DNA of 64,000 nt from Selaginella moellendorffii (taxonomy: Eukaryota; Plantae; Lycopodiophyta), in contig NW_003314287.1 of the NCBI RefSeq assembly GCF_000143415.4, positions 1,571,514 through 1,635,513 of the forward strand. The letters are read 5' to 3'. Of the stretch, positions 10,390 through 22,220 are shown piece after piece. Positions within the stretch are counted from its first letter, which is position 1. Each line of letters opens with the position of its first letter. A program made the position numbers and the translations under genes. The notes below the pieces were generated by a model. The model worked only from the letters and a program-made list of their open reading frames with translations, did no database searches and was not told the DNA's origin.

Positions 10390-11817
10390 ATGAGTGATCT
10401 CCACGCCCAGGAGCTGATTCGATCGTGCCGGGGCCTCGCGGAAGCGGTAGCGCTGCATTCCTCGCTGTGCGATCGAGTGCATCTCGGCGTCTATCTCTCC
10501 AATCTGCTCGTCCAGATGTATGGGAAATGCGGGAGCCCCGATCGCGCGAGGACCGTCTTCGATGGAATTCGACTCAAGAATCGCTTCTCCTGGTCCTTGA
10601 TGATCACGGCGTATGTGCAGAATGGATGTTTGATCCAAGCGCAAGAGCTCTTCGATCGAATGCCCGAGAGAGGCCGAACCGCGTGGAACATCATGATCTC
10701 AGCATATGCCCAAACTAGGGATCTGGAGGAAGCCCAAGAACTCTTTCAAAGGATGCCCGACAAGGATATCGTGTCGTACGGTGCCATGCTGGCGACATAT
10801 GCTGAAAACGGCCAACTGGCGCGAGCCACCGAAATTTTTAGAACCGTGCCGTACAGGGACATGCTGATGTGGACGAGCATGCTGACAGGGTATGCCCAGG
10901 CTAGGCAAATGGGCTTGGCGAAGAATCTGTTTGGTGGCATGCCCGAATGGGACATGGTGAGCTGGACAGCCTTGCTGTGTGGATATTCTCAGAACAATGC
11001 CTCGGAAGACGCGTGGCAAGTATTTACGGCAATGCCGCGGAGGGATCTAGTCACCTGGAACGCGATGCTTGCAGCATATGCCCACAGCGGGAATCTTCTG
11101 GAGTTTGAGAGATGCTTTTGGAAGATGCCCGAATGGAGCATTGCTTCTTGGAACACGATGCTTGCCGCGTACTTCCAGGCCGGAGATTTGCAGCGTGCGT
11201 CTCAAATCTATGACTCGATGCCGCGACACGATTTAATCTCGTCGACTACAATGCTGGAGGTGTTTTCTCAACTGGGGCATCTGTTTTCCGCGAGGAAGCT
11301 CTTTGAGAAGATGGAGGAACGAAACTTGATCTCCTGGACAGTAATGGTGAGCGCGTATGGACGGTTGGGATTTCTTGACGACGCGAAAGCTCTGTTGGAG
11401 AGCATTCCGGAACGAAATGTGATGCCTTGTACCGCTATTCTTGCTTGTTACGCACAAAACGGGCATCTTGACAAGGCCAGGAGAGTTTTGGACGAGATGC
11501 CCGAGCATGACGTGGTGCCGTGGAATGCCATGCTAGCAGGATATAGTCAAGGTGGGAGGCGTGACCTGGCAAGCGAGCTCTTTCAAGAAATGCGGCTGCA
11601 AGGACTCAAATCCGACCAGATCTCTTTTACGTGCTTGCTTCTGGGATTTAGTCACGGCGGAAAGATGGAGGACGCTTTGAGATGCTTCCTTTCGATGCAA
11701 AGTGATGATGGATTGGAGCCAGTGTTGCAACAATACTGCTGCATGGTGGATCTCCTGGACAGGGCTGGACGAGAAAAGGATGCCAGGAATTTAACTGCGA
11801 GCATTCCCTTCAGGTAG
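10390..11817 (+). CDS. PLS-class PPR protein (PPR-A), E domain truncated
   Basis: Tandem ~31-aa PPR motifs (W..M...YAQ.G....A...F..MP); ends QYCCMVDLLDRAG...SIPFR* at the start of the E domain. Confidence 0.88.
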   Translation: MSDLHAQELIRSCRGLAEAVALHSSLCDRVHLGVYLSNLLVQMYGKCGSPDRARTVFDGIRLKNRFSWSLMITAYVQNGCLIQAQELFDRMPERGRTAWNIMISAYAQTRDLEEAQELFQRMPDKDIVSYGAMLATYAENGQLARATEIFRTVPYRDMLMWTSMLTGYAQARQMGLAKNLFGGMPEWDMVSWTALLCGYSQNNASEDAWQVFTAMPRRDLVTWNAMLAAYAHSGNLLEFERCFWKMPEWSIASWNTMLAAYFQAGDLQRASQIYDSMPRHDLISSTTMLEVFSQLGHLFSARKLFEKMEERNLISWTVMVSAYGRLGFLDDAKALLESIPERNVMPCTAILACYAQNGHLDKARRVLDEMPEHDVVPWNAMLAGYSQGGRRDLASELFQEMRLQGLKSDQISFTCLLLGFSHGGKMEDALRCFLSMQSDDGLEPVLQQYCCMVDLLDRAGREKDARNLTASIPFR

Positions 11818-11820
11818 AGT

Positions 11821-12265
11821 AACCGGTCACTGGCACAAGACAAAGAACGTATTCAGTGACGACATGCCAAAGCACAACTTAATCTTGTGGAATATGTTTT
11901 GTTGTCTGGGGGGCTTGGACGAAGCAAAAGAAGTTTTCGCAAGCGTCAAAGAGAATCTTCGATGCGATGCCAAACCATGGCTTGGAACCATGTTGTGTTG
12001 ACTGGACTCTTCATCTGGAAGAGGCGAAGGGCCTGTTCAATCGAATGCCATGTGGTGACCTGGTCTTATCGCCGAGCATGCTACACGCAACGCGCGTACG
12101 CGGAATTAAGAAGCTAGCCGGTTCTTTGCAAGTATGCCAGAGCTAACTTATACTACGCCCATAATGCCACCTCGGGCAAGCTCTTGGATTTCGGAGTCTA
12201 CCATGCTTGCGGCTTATGCAAAGTGTCGGGGATTCTTCCAGGCCAAGAGTTTGTTCAATCGATTT
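11821..12265 (+). pseudogene. Deletion-riddled copy of the central part of the PPR at 34038-35996 (PPR-B)
   Basis: Colinear matches to reverse complement of ~35215-34530, e.g. gacaaagaacgtattca, atcttcgatgcgatgccaaaccat, gaagctagccggttctttgca. Confidence 0.8.
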
Positions 12266-12544
12266 AGTTGTACCTACTCTTAAGACTCAACCAGAACTAA
12301 GTGAACATGACTCTTAACAATTAGAGACGATCACTCTCTTTGCCGCATCGCTGAGATGACAGTGAGGAAAAGCCACTCCTTCGTGATCTTAGTCGCGCAT
12401 CTCCATTGTTTTTTTATAAAGTATTGTCAAATAATAAAGTTATTAGCTAATAAAAGATCTGACAAAATCAAAAATAAGTCCACTTAATATCCTTCACATA
12501 AATAGAAGTCAAAATAAATTTTAAAGCATAAACTATCGCCTCCA

Positions 12545-12970
12545 TTCCAAGAAACAAGGTTTAGCTCTGGTAATCAATCGAACAGACTCTTTGCAGCAAG
12601 CATGGTGTTCCACACCACAGAGTCCTTTTTGGCCAACACAAGCTCAGGTTTTAAGACGAGAAAAAACACGAGGAGCGAGTTCCAAGTGACCATGGATTCA
12701 AATTCCCAAGAGCTTGCTTGAGGTGGCCATTCTGGGCGTAGACAAAAACCATGGCAGTTCAGTAAGCTCTGGCATATTTAAAGAACTTCTTTAATTCTGC
12801 AACACAAAAGTGTGTCGATGGATTTTAGCTTAGTACATTTTGGTGAGGTAAAAGGCCTGTTCATCAAATGCCATTTGATGTCACTCATCCACAGTGACTA
12901 AATCCCAGAAATAGAGATCTGGTCAGCTTTGAGGCCTTTCAGCCGAAAAGATGCCCATTTTGCAGGTAAT
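12545..12970 (-). pseudogene. Second decayed PPR-B fragment, mostly in opposite orientation
   Basis: Matches 34495-34830 in the same sense (gctctggtaatc..atcgaaca, gagttccaagtgacca, gtggccattctgggcgtag). Confidence 0.7.
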
Positions 12971-13382
12971 ATTGAATCATGGCATCACATTTTGCTCCGG
13001 ATGGTCTCCAACAGGGCTTTTGTGTCATTATCAACACCCATACGCGCTCACCATTACTGGAAGTTGCATCTTCTTAAAGAATCTAAGAAAAGACCTAAAA
13101 CATTGTAGTCAACAAGATTAAATTGTGCCACAGCATTACCAATTTCTGGCATGGAAGTACGTGGCTCATGTAAGAAACAATGCTTCCTTGGAAGTCTAAT
13201 AGACTCAATCTGAGTATATTTACACATATTTTGCACATATAGGATAACTTATATTTGATATTTAAACACTTAATTTGAGAAAATCGTGTGGAAGAAGTTA
13301 CTTTAGGAAATACCGGGAGGCGGTGGAAGGCGTGAGAGGGAAAGAAGAGGACCAATTGTGATAAGTTGCACAACTACAATTT

Positions 13383-13772
13383 TTTTGTCACAAACCAACC
13401 TCCCAAAGGGTGTTTTATATTTTTTGGACTATTAGTTCATGTTGGTTGGCTAAATAGTTCTGTGAATCAAAAAGTGTACAAGGTAATAAGCAATTTTTTA
13501 AAAGAAATGTCTTAAGTTTGTATAGTGGTGACACTGGTTGATACCACCCCTTGCAACACTATGTCTTACAAATTAAAGGCCAGCCCTAAACTATTTAACA
13601 AATCAGCTAGTTTAATTCCAGTTTTTGTGTCAGTTAGTAGCCTAATGCAATTCATAACAAAAAAAGACCAATATATTAATCGAGTTGAATTAAACAACTT
13701 AGAAATTGTTTAATCAACCAAAGAAAACCTTTGGAGGTTAATCCACAACAACTTGTTGGTTTTGTGACAAAA
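13383..13772. mobile_element. Possible MITE / non-autonomous DNA transposon remnant
   Basis: Inverted termini ttttgtcacaaaccaac / gttggttttgtgacaaaa plus subterminal inverted match aacctcc.aaagg; AT-rich non-coding interior; no TSD identified. Confidence 0.35.
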
Positions 13773-14268
13773 ACCAACAATTTAGGTGCCCTGTAAAGGC
13801 AAATTAATCTTGGAGAAAAATATCTGGCAAGCTTTTTATAGAACACGTCAGTGGAAAGCTTGTTATAAGCGACAAAGGATCAAGTGAAAGCTATATCTTT
13901 TCACATTGACCGAGATTCCAGTTTTTGTGAAGAAGTCTATAGTCCAAAGTGATGCGATGCATGGAAAATATGGATTCACCAATAACAATCTTGCATAGGT
14001 GCCTCTTTTGACTACTGGACTGTCTCTCACAATCACAACGAATTCGAATGGAGGTGAACCAGATCGGTAATGTACTGAGATCAAAGAATCTAACAGGATC
14101 TTTGATCTCAGCCATTGGGAGAAAAAGGTTCGTTCCCTTATATATAACTCTTGCGGAAAGGAAAGTTATGTTAGGTCATTTCGTCCGTGATTAATCGCTG
14201 TCAAAAAGACTGCTGGCGCTGAAAGGATTGTATCTGGTTTAGGGTTTAGGGTTAAAGAATTAAAGTGA

Positions 14269-15071
14269 ATGATTTTCGGAGACAAGGGACGAGCGCACAA
14301 AGAGTCGCGTGATTCGCCTCCAGGAACTTGACAATGCAGTAAAACAGTGTCTTTTGTCAGACTTTATTGGTGGCGGTGGTGGTCGGGTCTTGGATCTGGC
14401 TTGCGGTAGAGGAGGCGACATCTTCAAGCTGGATGGACTAGGAGTGCACAAATATTTGGGGGTGGACTTCTCCATGAAAAAATCAGGGAGGCCGAGGCGA
14501 GAGCTCAAGCCCTAAGAGCTATGACAGCCAAGTTTGTGGAGTACGATTGTTTCTCGTCACGTTTGCCTCAAGATGTCACAGCGGAGGGACCGTATGACGC
14601 TTGCAGCTGCCAGCGTGCAATACATTATGCATCCAACGAGGCTACTGCACGTACAGCCCTGTACAACATCTCGTCCTCGCTAAAGCGGGGCGGATGGCTT
14701 GTAGGCACCACCGTGGACTCGCGGGTGGTTTTGGACAAGCTAAGGAGGGGTGTCCAACAGTGTACAGCTTGAAGAAACCCGTGAACAAAGAGCTGGTGTT
14801 TGGCAACGAATACGACTTGGTAATTCTTGCAAATTCTTGGTAATTGGCATGCATGACCAGCTCCAGACCATACTCCCTTGCAAGCTTCTCCCACGCATCA
14901 AAAAACACAATGTACTCAGGGCAGTCATTGACCGCGCCCTCCAGTGCTGGCAAGCACAGGCTGGGCAGGAAGGTTGGCGGGCTCACAGCCACGAAGGCAG
15001 AGGATTTCCCCCTGTATTGCGTCTTTGCTTTCCAAAAGCTCCCCTGTATGAGCAAGAACAAACGAAACTAA
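14269..15071 (+). pseudogene. mRNA cap guanine-N7 methyltransferase-like pseudogene, copy 1 (intronless)
   Basis: SRVIRLQELDNAVK, VLDLACGRGGDIFK, YDACSCQRAIHY, LKRGGWLVGTTVD, LYCVFAFQK; frameshift near 14475; internal inversion 14829-14947. Confidence 0.8.
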
Positions 15072-15559
15072 TTTGGTGAAATGAATGTATAAAAGCCTCT
15101 CAATCAAATCTTGTTGTTTGCAAAAGGCAGCGCTCCCTACTTTCAAAGTCCCACTTCTTGGAAGCTTGCCTCCATTCCATAGCATCTTCATAAAAGGCAC
15201 GTCGAATTGTCTTAACAATGCAGCAAAGTGCTTTAAATTCAAAGTCCACGACCATCAGCCTTGGAAGAACCTAATGGTTGAAATGAAGCTGATTGATGAT
15301 TTAAATTGATGGAAAAATGAAAACTAAAGTACATGTGTGCAGGTTACAGTGCAAGATGCTAGCACATAAGGTTTCAGCCTCTGCAAGTCAAAAGAGCACA
15401 GAACACAGATTGTTTTCCTCGTGATCTATGTTGTTCTCTGATCACTCGCAGCCGCTTGACACCAGCAGCTCAGATTGCTGAAACAACCACAATCCAAGAC
15501 ATTTGGTGACAAAAGAGGGTATAGCCTCTTACCAGGAGAGCTACGTCGAGAGTAACTTG

Positions 15560-16562
15560 TAGGTGAGACGATCAGCTTGGCAAAATCGAGACTCGTACGG
15601 CATGTCGTCCACCCCCAGATCACCGTAACACCCTCCAACACCAACTTTAGACACCGGGCACTCGCGCTCCGTCACAACTCCACCACGCAACAAGTGGAGT
15701 AGCTGGGTGGTGAGGTCGCTTCCAAAGCTGGACACCCTACCAGCAATCCCGCTGTAAACCTGGATGCTTCCGGAGTTCGACCTGGTTCTCACTCCTCGGC
15801 TCGAGCCTCAACCCGTCCAACTCCAATTCCATCACCTTGGAGCCATCGTAGAGCGTCGATCGCCTCGCCGCGTCCTCGTGGATGGAACAAGGAAGCTGGA
15901 GACTCCACTCTCACAGGCAGGCAGTCGAGAGCAGAGAAGAGGAGGAGATGGTCCTGCTCAAACACAAGAATCCCCGTGTCGTCGAGTGCGACTAGCTCTG
16001 GCACGCGAGTCGACCCTGTCTCCTGTCCGTGGCAGAAGCTCCACCTCCTGTCGGCTGCGTCCCAGGCAAAGAGCTCGAAGCTACCGGTGCACACGTACCC
16101 GGCAACCAAGGAGCCACAGAGCACAGCCAAGCACTTCACCTCCCCATTCTCTCGCTGCTCGCAGGGAAGCTCGCCCATATAAGGTGCCAGTGGCTCGCCC
16201 GGATCACATCAGGCACGTGGACAGCGCGACACAGAAGTAGAGGGAGCCAGCGCTAGAAAATACCCCGAATCTCAACTCCCACACAGTGTTGTCAGCGAAA
16301 GAGAGAGCTCTCACACCGGACAGTCGCGAGAATGGGGGAAGCTCGAACCACTCGTCACAGTAGCCACAACGTGTGTACGCACTCCATGAACCATAAGAAC
16401 CACGCAATCCACTGGAATGGTGGAAGCATCAAACTGTGTCATAAATTGCTCCCAAGCTCTTGATACTAGCCACAAGTGTTCTAATGTTACTTTTGGAGAT
16501 AGATTATGTTTTTTAATGCTTGGCAAAAGATGGTTTTTTTTATTGCTCATAAGGTTATACAA
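15560..16562 (-). pseudogene. Probable degenerate F-box (kelch-like) gene
   Basis: F-box-like LPSIKKHNLS...LWLVSRAWEQFM, then fragmented GC-rich ORFs with Trp-ended beta-repeat-like segments (ELFAWDAADRRWS); several frame breaks. Confidence 0.4.
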
Positions 16563-16599
16563 TTAAGAGCCATTTATAGTGCCATGACTGCCTTTTCAT

Positions 16600-19000
16600 T
16601 ATAGAGTTCCTAGTTAGCTTTATTATGTTATGGTAATTTCATTGTTCTCAACTAAATTGACTTTTGCCATAATAGCAAGTTACTTGATAGGCTTTAGAAT
16701 AATTTCATTATTCTCAAGTTGATTGGCTTTCGTTGTAATAGTTAATTGTTTGATACTTTGTATGAACCTTGATGGTAAGTTGGTGAAGTATCTAATTCAT
16801 TATGTGATTGTGAGCATAATTTTTTTCCATTAAGAGTATAATTTTTAAATTGGCATGGAATGCATAAATAAATTTTTTTGTCTCCTTGTTAATATGAGAA
16901 AAATTTTAAGTAGCAAACTACATATCTATATAAAAAAAATTATAAAAGTTAAAATATTAATTCACTTATGAACTTTGTTTTCATTGAAAGTACATCCATG
17001 GCACCTGTGGTAAAATGTAGGTCCTCTCAAACTTTGAGGGTAGACCTGGAAGAAGTTAACTCCCCTTCATATCGAAACAAAAAAATATAAATTTAAAGGG
17101 GATGTTATGTTGTAAATTTTAAAAGTTTACATTTTAAAAATTTTTAATTGTTATGACGAAATGTATTTATCTCAATTTTTTCTTTGGCTTATTTAAACTA
17201 GTCTATAACTTATAAAAAAAACCATAAAATTTAATTATATAAATTCCAATATAAATTTTTATGTACTTATAACAATCAATTTAATTTTTTTAATGTTATT
17301 TTAGATCTTTTTTATCTTTCTACTTAGTGTGTGCTAATTTATCCTTGATAGCATAAGAATGCACTTTCAATATTAAATTAAAACTATGCAATCTTCATGA
17401 TTTTGGTAAGTATGGTCATATTAGGTTTTAAGTGAATACACATTATAGTTATTATTGATAAAGGGTTTTTCTACTTTGCTCGGTGTTAAAATGTAAAATT
17501 ATTTTTACTTTACTTGGTGTTAAAATGTAAATCCCTCAGTGTAGATGATAATAAACGTCGAACTCTCACCCAACTCATTATGCCAAAAAGTAGAAGTTAA
17601 GAAACCCTTCATTGAATCACTCTCATACATTTCAACAATTAGATTTTACGAAATGCTTATTTAAACAAAAAATCTTTCTCCCACATATTGATGTTAAATG
17701 TTTATTTTAATAAAAAATGAAGATTCAAAATTGATGGTATATTGGTGAATGAGGGTTGTGCATTTTCCCTCCCCAAGACTTTATAATTAAGTTAACTTTG
17801 ATAAGAGTGCATGGAGATTGATTATTTGATTTATAATATGTTATTATTTTATAAATTTATTGTGGGTAGCTGCATAATAGCCATAAAAAGTTAGATAAAC
17901 AAAAGATTTAATCTATGTTTTAATTGGAGACTTTTGATCATAAATTTGCAAATTTTTTAATTGTTTTATTTTTGATTTTGTATGTTTATTTTAAGCTCTC
18001 ACATTACTAAAAATAAGTGGTTCTAATTGTTGTTAAGGAATGCTCAGATTTTCAAGAGTACTATCAAAAGGTTCATGCAACATTAGTTAATTTAGTGTTT
18101 ATATTTTAAATTTGTTTTAGGTCTTTTATTATATTGGTCAATGTATGTTTAAATTATCTTCTATTACCATATATTGCTATCTATTTAGTTTTACATCATG
18201 CGGTGGAGCAAATTATAAGTAACAAAAAAATTAGGGTTTAAATCTTTTTTCAATTAGTTAATTATCTTAGAATATATTGAGGTAATCTATATACTACTCT
18301 TTGAGTTGAGTAATATTAGTTTGAATGACTTATTAGGAAATTTTTGGTTTAATTTACTCATACTATACTAAATACAATGGTGGGAAATTTTTGATTTAAT
18401 TATGCTTTTAAAATTTTTAACTTATATTTATGAGGGCATGAATTTATAAGGAAGCATAATAAATTATAAATAACCAAAGAAAATAACTTAAAAGTAATTT
18501 ATAAGAGTTCAAACAATAAACTACAATCCAAAACAAGAAGTTAAAATGTCATTGGGTTTAAATAGTACTAAGTTGGGTAAACTAAATTTTCTATAAAATT
18601 TAAATTTAAGAATTTATACCAATCTTTATTTTTATTGCATGTATGCAAGATGAAATAAATTTAGCAACAGTGGGTGAATGAGATTGGGTAACTTGTTATA
18701 AAGTTCAAATTTAAAAATTTATACCAATTTTCATTTTCTATGCATCTGTGCAAGAGGAGATAGAGTTAACAACAACTATATGTATACATATGACACACCT
18801 AGCCAAGACTTAGCTATGCATGTACATAATCATTACACATTATATATTTCCTTATATCTTTTCCATTTATCTCATTTTATGATTTTTTGTTTGTACCTTT
18901 TTTTTAATAATGTAAATGAGTCACATAATATGTTATATTTATGAATTTGATTTGCTAAGTTACAAAATTGAATGGTTTGCACCTTGCTCTTTACCATTTT
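16600..19000. other. AT-rich island, probably decayed transposon DNA
   Basis: No ORF of 60 aa or more, very low GC, several short degenerate duplications (about 16630-16760, 17465-17530, 18590-18775). Confidence 0.45.
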
Positions 19001-19139
19001 TCTTTTATACTCTTGCATTGCTCTTTGAATCTCTTAGATGATCTTTGTGAGACAACAAATGATTGGCTTAAGAAGGAGTATCTGAATTCCTCACTTCAAC
19101 CATAGAATCCATAGTCATGGGCTTCCTCCAAGGGAGAAA

Positions 19140-20200
19140 ACATTTAGCCGGGGTGACTAATAGATTCAGCAACCAGACTATTTTCCTCCATTGTCTTCAC
19201 CTAGCACTTGCCACTTTAAACTGAGATAGAGATCCTTACATCTGCCAGAGCTCTGAAAGAGAAGATCACCTCCAAGTCAAGCTCCTTCTCCAAATGTTCA
19301 ATAGATAGCACATTTCTACCAAAAGGCATTGCCATCAAAGCTCGATCTGCTAAATAAGATTAGTAACTGAAACAACATGGTTGTGCTATTTTGTTCACCT
19401 TTCTTGTTACACAAGAGACTTTGAACAAGTATATCATCTCGTATAGCTGCCGCTCACTCAAGTACTAACCAACAAAAGATTGCAGCATACCATTTTATCC
19501 ATGCTCTTCACCATCTGACAAAGAAGACCAAAATTACCTTGAAGAAACAGCAAGAGCTCATTTCTTTTAATCATTACTGTAAGCGCATCCATAGGACATA
19601 AAATGTAGCTCAGAGTCTCACCTATTCAGATAATTGCCAAGTGTAAGTTCCGGGAAACAGTGGGACTGGACGAGTAGGCGAACAAGTAATTGATCTCCAC
19701 GGACTTGTGACAAAAACCAGTTTTCATTTTCACGGCCGGATCTCTGCCATGCCACAAAAGATACTCATATGGCAAAAGAACTCCCAGCACCTTCAGCATC
19801 TATGGTACCACCACGGAGTCAAGTAGGTTTGAAAACCGAAGTACCTGCGGCACAAGAATCAACGCGTTGCAAATTTGCACGGACAGTACCTCTGGATCAT
19901 ACGTATCTGGCATGAATGTTCCGTATTGTAACTTGAGAACCTGTACCTGTGGATGAAAGTAGAGTAAACAAACGCAAAAGAGCATAGAAATGGCCAGCAC
20001 CTTTGCAAGAAGATAAGAAAGAGAACCCTCACATAGCGCACGAGAATCATTGGCATACCGGGCCCTGCAATCAATCAGCTGCAAACGTTTTCCAGAAGCA
20101 CCGTAGAAAAACCGCAGAGCTTTATGAGCGAATAGAGAAGTCCATGTCACCGCTCCACAGGCCGACGGCAAGAGATGTTCCAGCTTATGCCGCTGACAGA
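19140..20200 (-). pseudogene. Decayed multi-exon gene fragment, family not recognised
   Basis: Exon-like blocks with GT/AG ends (QVLKLQYGTFMPDTYDPE; WFLSQVRGDQLLVRLLVQSHCFPELTLGNYLN; RNVLSIEHLEKELDLE) interrupted by stops. Confidence 0.4.
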
Positions 20201-20209
20201 TACCTGTGT

Positions 20210-21560
20210 TGGGCAATAGAGATTTTCGACGTCCATGCCATCCGGTTGTGCTTTTGAATGTTCCCGTAAGTGCTCTTCAAATCTGTAACACCAACGTAAA
20301 GCATTCCAGGACACGACATTTCTCTCTGGCATGTGGGCAAACGTTTTCAAAGCTTTATCGATATTCCCGCAATCGGCATAAGGTGACAGCATAGAGTCCA
20401 TGCCAGGCGATTTCTCTCCAGCATAGAGTCGAGCACAAGCTCAGATTGCTTGAGGCTGCTGTTTTGGGCGTACGCAGCCAACATGGCGTTTCTGACGGAT
20501 GCCCTCAAACATTTCTGGGGATGTCCTGAACAAGGTGCCAAATGTAGACATTCCTGGCGAGCTTCTCGCCGTAGCAAGAGTGTCTTCTCGCGCTTGGTTG
20601 AGAAGCCCAAGCAATTGCGCTTGATCCTGATCCATTTCCAGAGTGTGGAGCTCGAGAAGCTCGGTGGTTAAGTTGGTGCTCGTCGGACGAGCCTCGTCCT
20701 CCAGGGTGTGGGAGAAGTCACTGAAGGTGCGAGAGGGATGGACTACAAAGAAGAGGACCCTGTTGCAGGTCATGTGCCAGCCGCGGCGCAAACACCACAA
20801 TGCTGGCCAAGACATGAAAGACTTTCACAGATCTGGGGAGGACGAGCAACCCTGTGATTCGTGATTGATCAGGAGCTCATTTGCATCTCGGTGTCCATAT
20901 CTCTCCAATTAGCTCGTCAAGATGTATGGGCTATGTGGCAGCCGCGAGGGGTGGAATTCGACCCAAGAATCGCTTCTCCTGGTCCTCAAAATGCTTGCTG
21001 CATATGCCCACATCGGGGATCTGGTAGACTTTGAGACATGCTTCTGGAAGATGCATTGCTTCTTTGAACACGATGCCTACCGCGTGAGATTGGCCAGCGT
21101 GCGCCTCAAATCCATGACTACCTCGAGCATGGTAGTCGACGAGATTAATCGTGCCGGACAGTAATTACGAGCGCGTATGGATGTTCGGGACTTGATGACG
21201 ACACGAAAGCCCTGTTGAATGAGCAGAGTGTGATACCGTGATTGCATGTTACTGGCATCTACAAGGCCTCAAATCTCTTTTACGTGCTTGTTTCTGGGAT
21301 TTAGTCACTGCGGAAGGATGGAAGACGCTTTAAGATGCTTCCTCTCGATGCTCGTGGAACGCTCTAAACGGGAGCAAAAGAAGTTTTCGATCGCAAACCA
21401 TAGCTTAGTAACTTAGAACTCCATTTTGGCTGGGTTTGTCATCTGAAAAAGGCAAAGCCTTCTTATCTTGGAACTCGCTCCTCTGTCGTCGCAAAACAGG
21501 ATGCTGTGAAATGCTGAGCTTGTGTTTGAAGAGATGGCCGAGAGACTCTGTGGTGTGACC
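20210..21560. pseudogene. Collapsed mosaic: PPR-B N-part (-), AXY9 (-), PPR-A (+), PPR-B C-part (+)
   Basis: 20210-20520 matches 35404-35757; about 20523-20830 matches AXY9 (GWHMTCNRVLFF, FSDFSHTLEDE); 20860-21350 matches PPR-A; 21350-21560 matches PPR-B; all with large internal deletions. Confidence 0.8.
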
Positions 21561-21574
21561 ATGCAGATGAGAGC

Positions 21575-22220
21575 AGGGAACGCTGCCTCTTGCAAACAAC
21601 GAAGTTTAATTGAGAGGCTTTGCGCTTCTTATTCTTGCTCATACAGGGGAGCTTTTGGAAAGCAAAGACGCAATACAGGGGGAAAACCTTTGCCTCCGCG
21701 GCTGTGAGCCCGTCACCCTTCCTGCCCAGCCTGTGCTTGCCAGCAAATTCTTGGAAATTGGCAGGCATGACCAGCTCCAGACCATACTCCCTTGCAAGCT
21801 TCTCCCACGCATCAAGAAACACAAGGTACTGCAGTCAATGACCACGCCCGCCAGTGCAAAGTCGTATTCGTTGTCGTGTTGCCCACCCTCTTAAGCTTGT
21901 CCAAAACCACCCGTGGTGCCTACAAACCATCCGCCCGGCTTGAGCGACGACGAGATGTTGTACAGGGCTGTACGTGCGGTAGCCTCGTTGGATGCAGCGT
22001 AATGTATTGCAAGCTGGCAGCTGCAAGCGTCATACGGTCCCTCCGCTGTGACATCTTGAGGCAAACGTGACGAGAAACAATCGAACTCCACAAACTTGGC
22101 TGTCATAGCTCTTAGGGCTTGAGCTCGGCCTCCCTGATTCTTTCATGGAGAAGTCCACTCCCATATATTTGTGCACTCCTAGTCCATCCAGCTTATGGCC
22201 TCCGGCCAGATCCAAGACCC
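21575..22220 (-). pseudogene. mRNA cap guanine-N7 methyltransferase-like pseudogene, copy 2
   Basis: Near-identical to 14390-15130 in inverted orientation (MTAKFVEFDCFSSRLPQDVTAEGPYDACSCQ; FLDAWEKLAREYGLELVM); frameshifts; lacks the internal inversion of copy 1. Confidence 0.82.

Noticed and set aside
14239-14253. TAGGGTTTAGGGTT as interstitial telomere
   Set aside because: Only two units; more likely a telo-box promoter motif upstream of the cap-MTase copy.
14269-15071. Giant-virus origin of the intronless cap methyltransferase
   Set aside because: Motifs (LEGAVNDCPEYIV, LYCVFAFQK) look like cellular Abd1/RNMT enzymes and no other viral genes are nearby; cannot be supported without a phylogeny.
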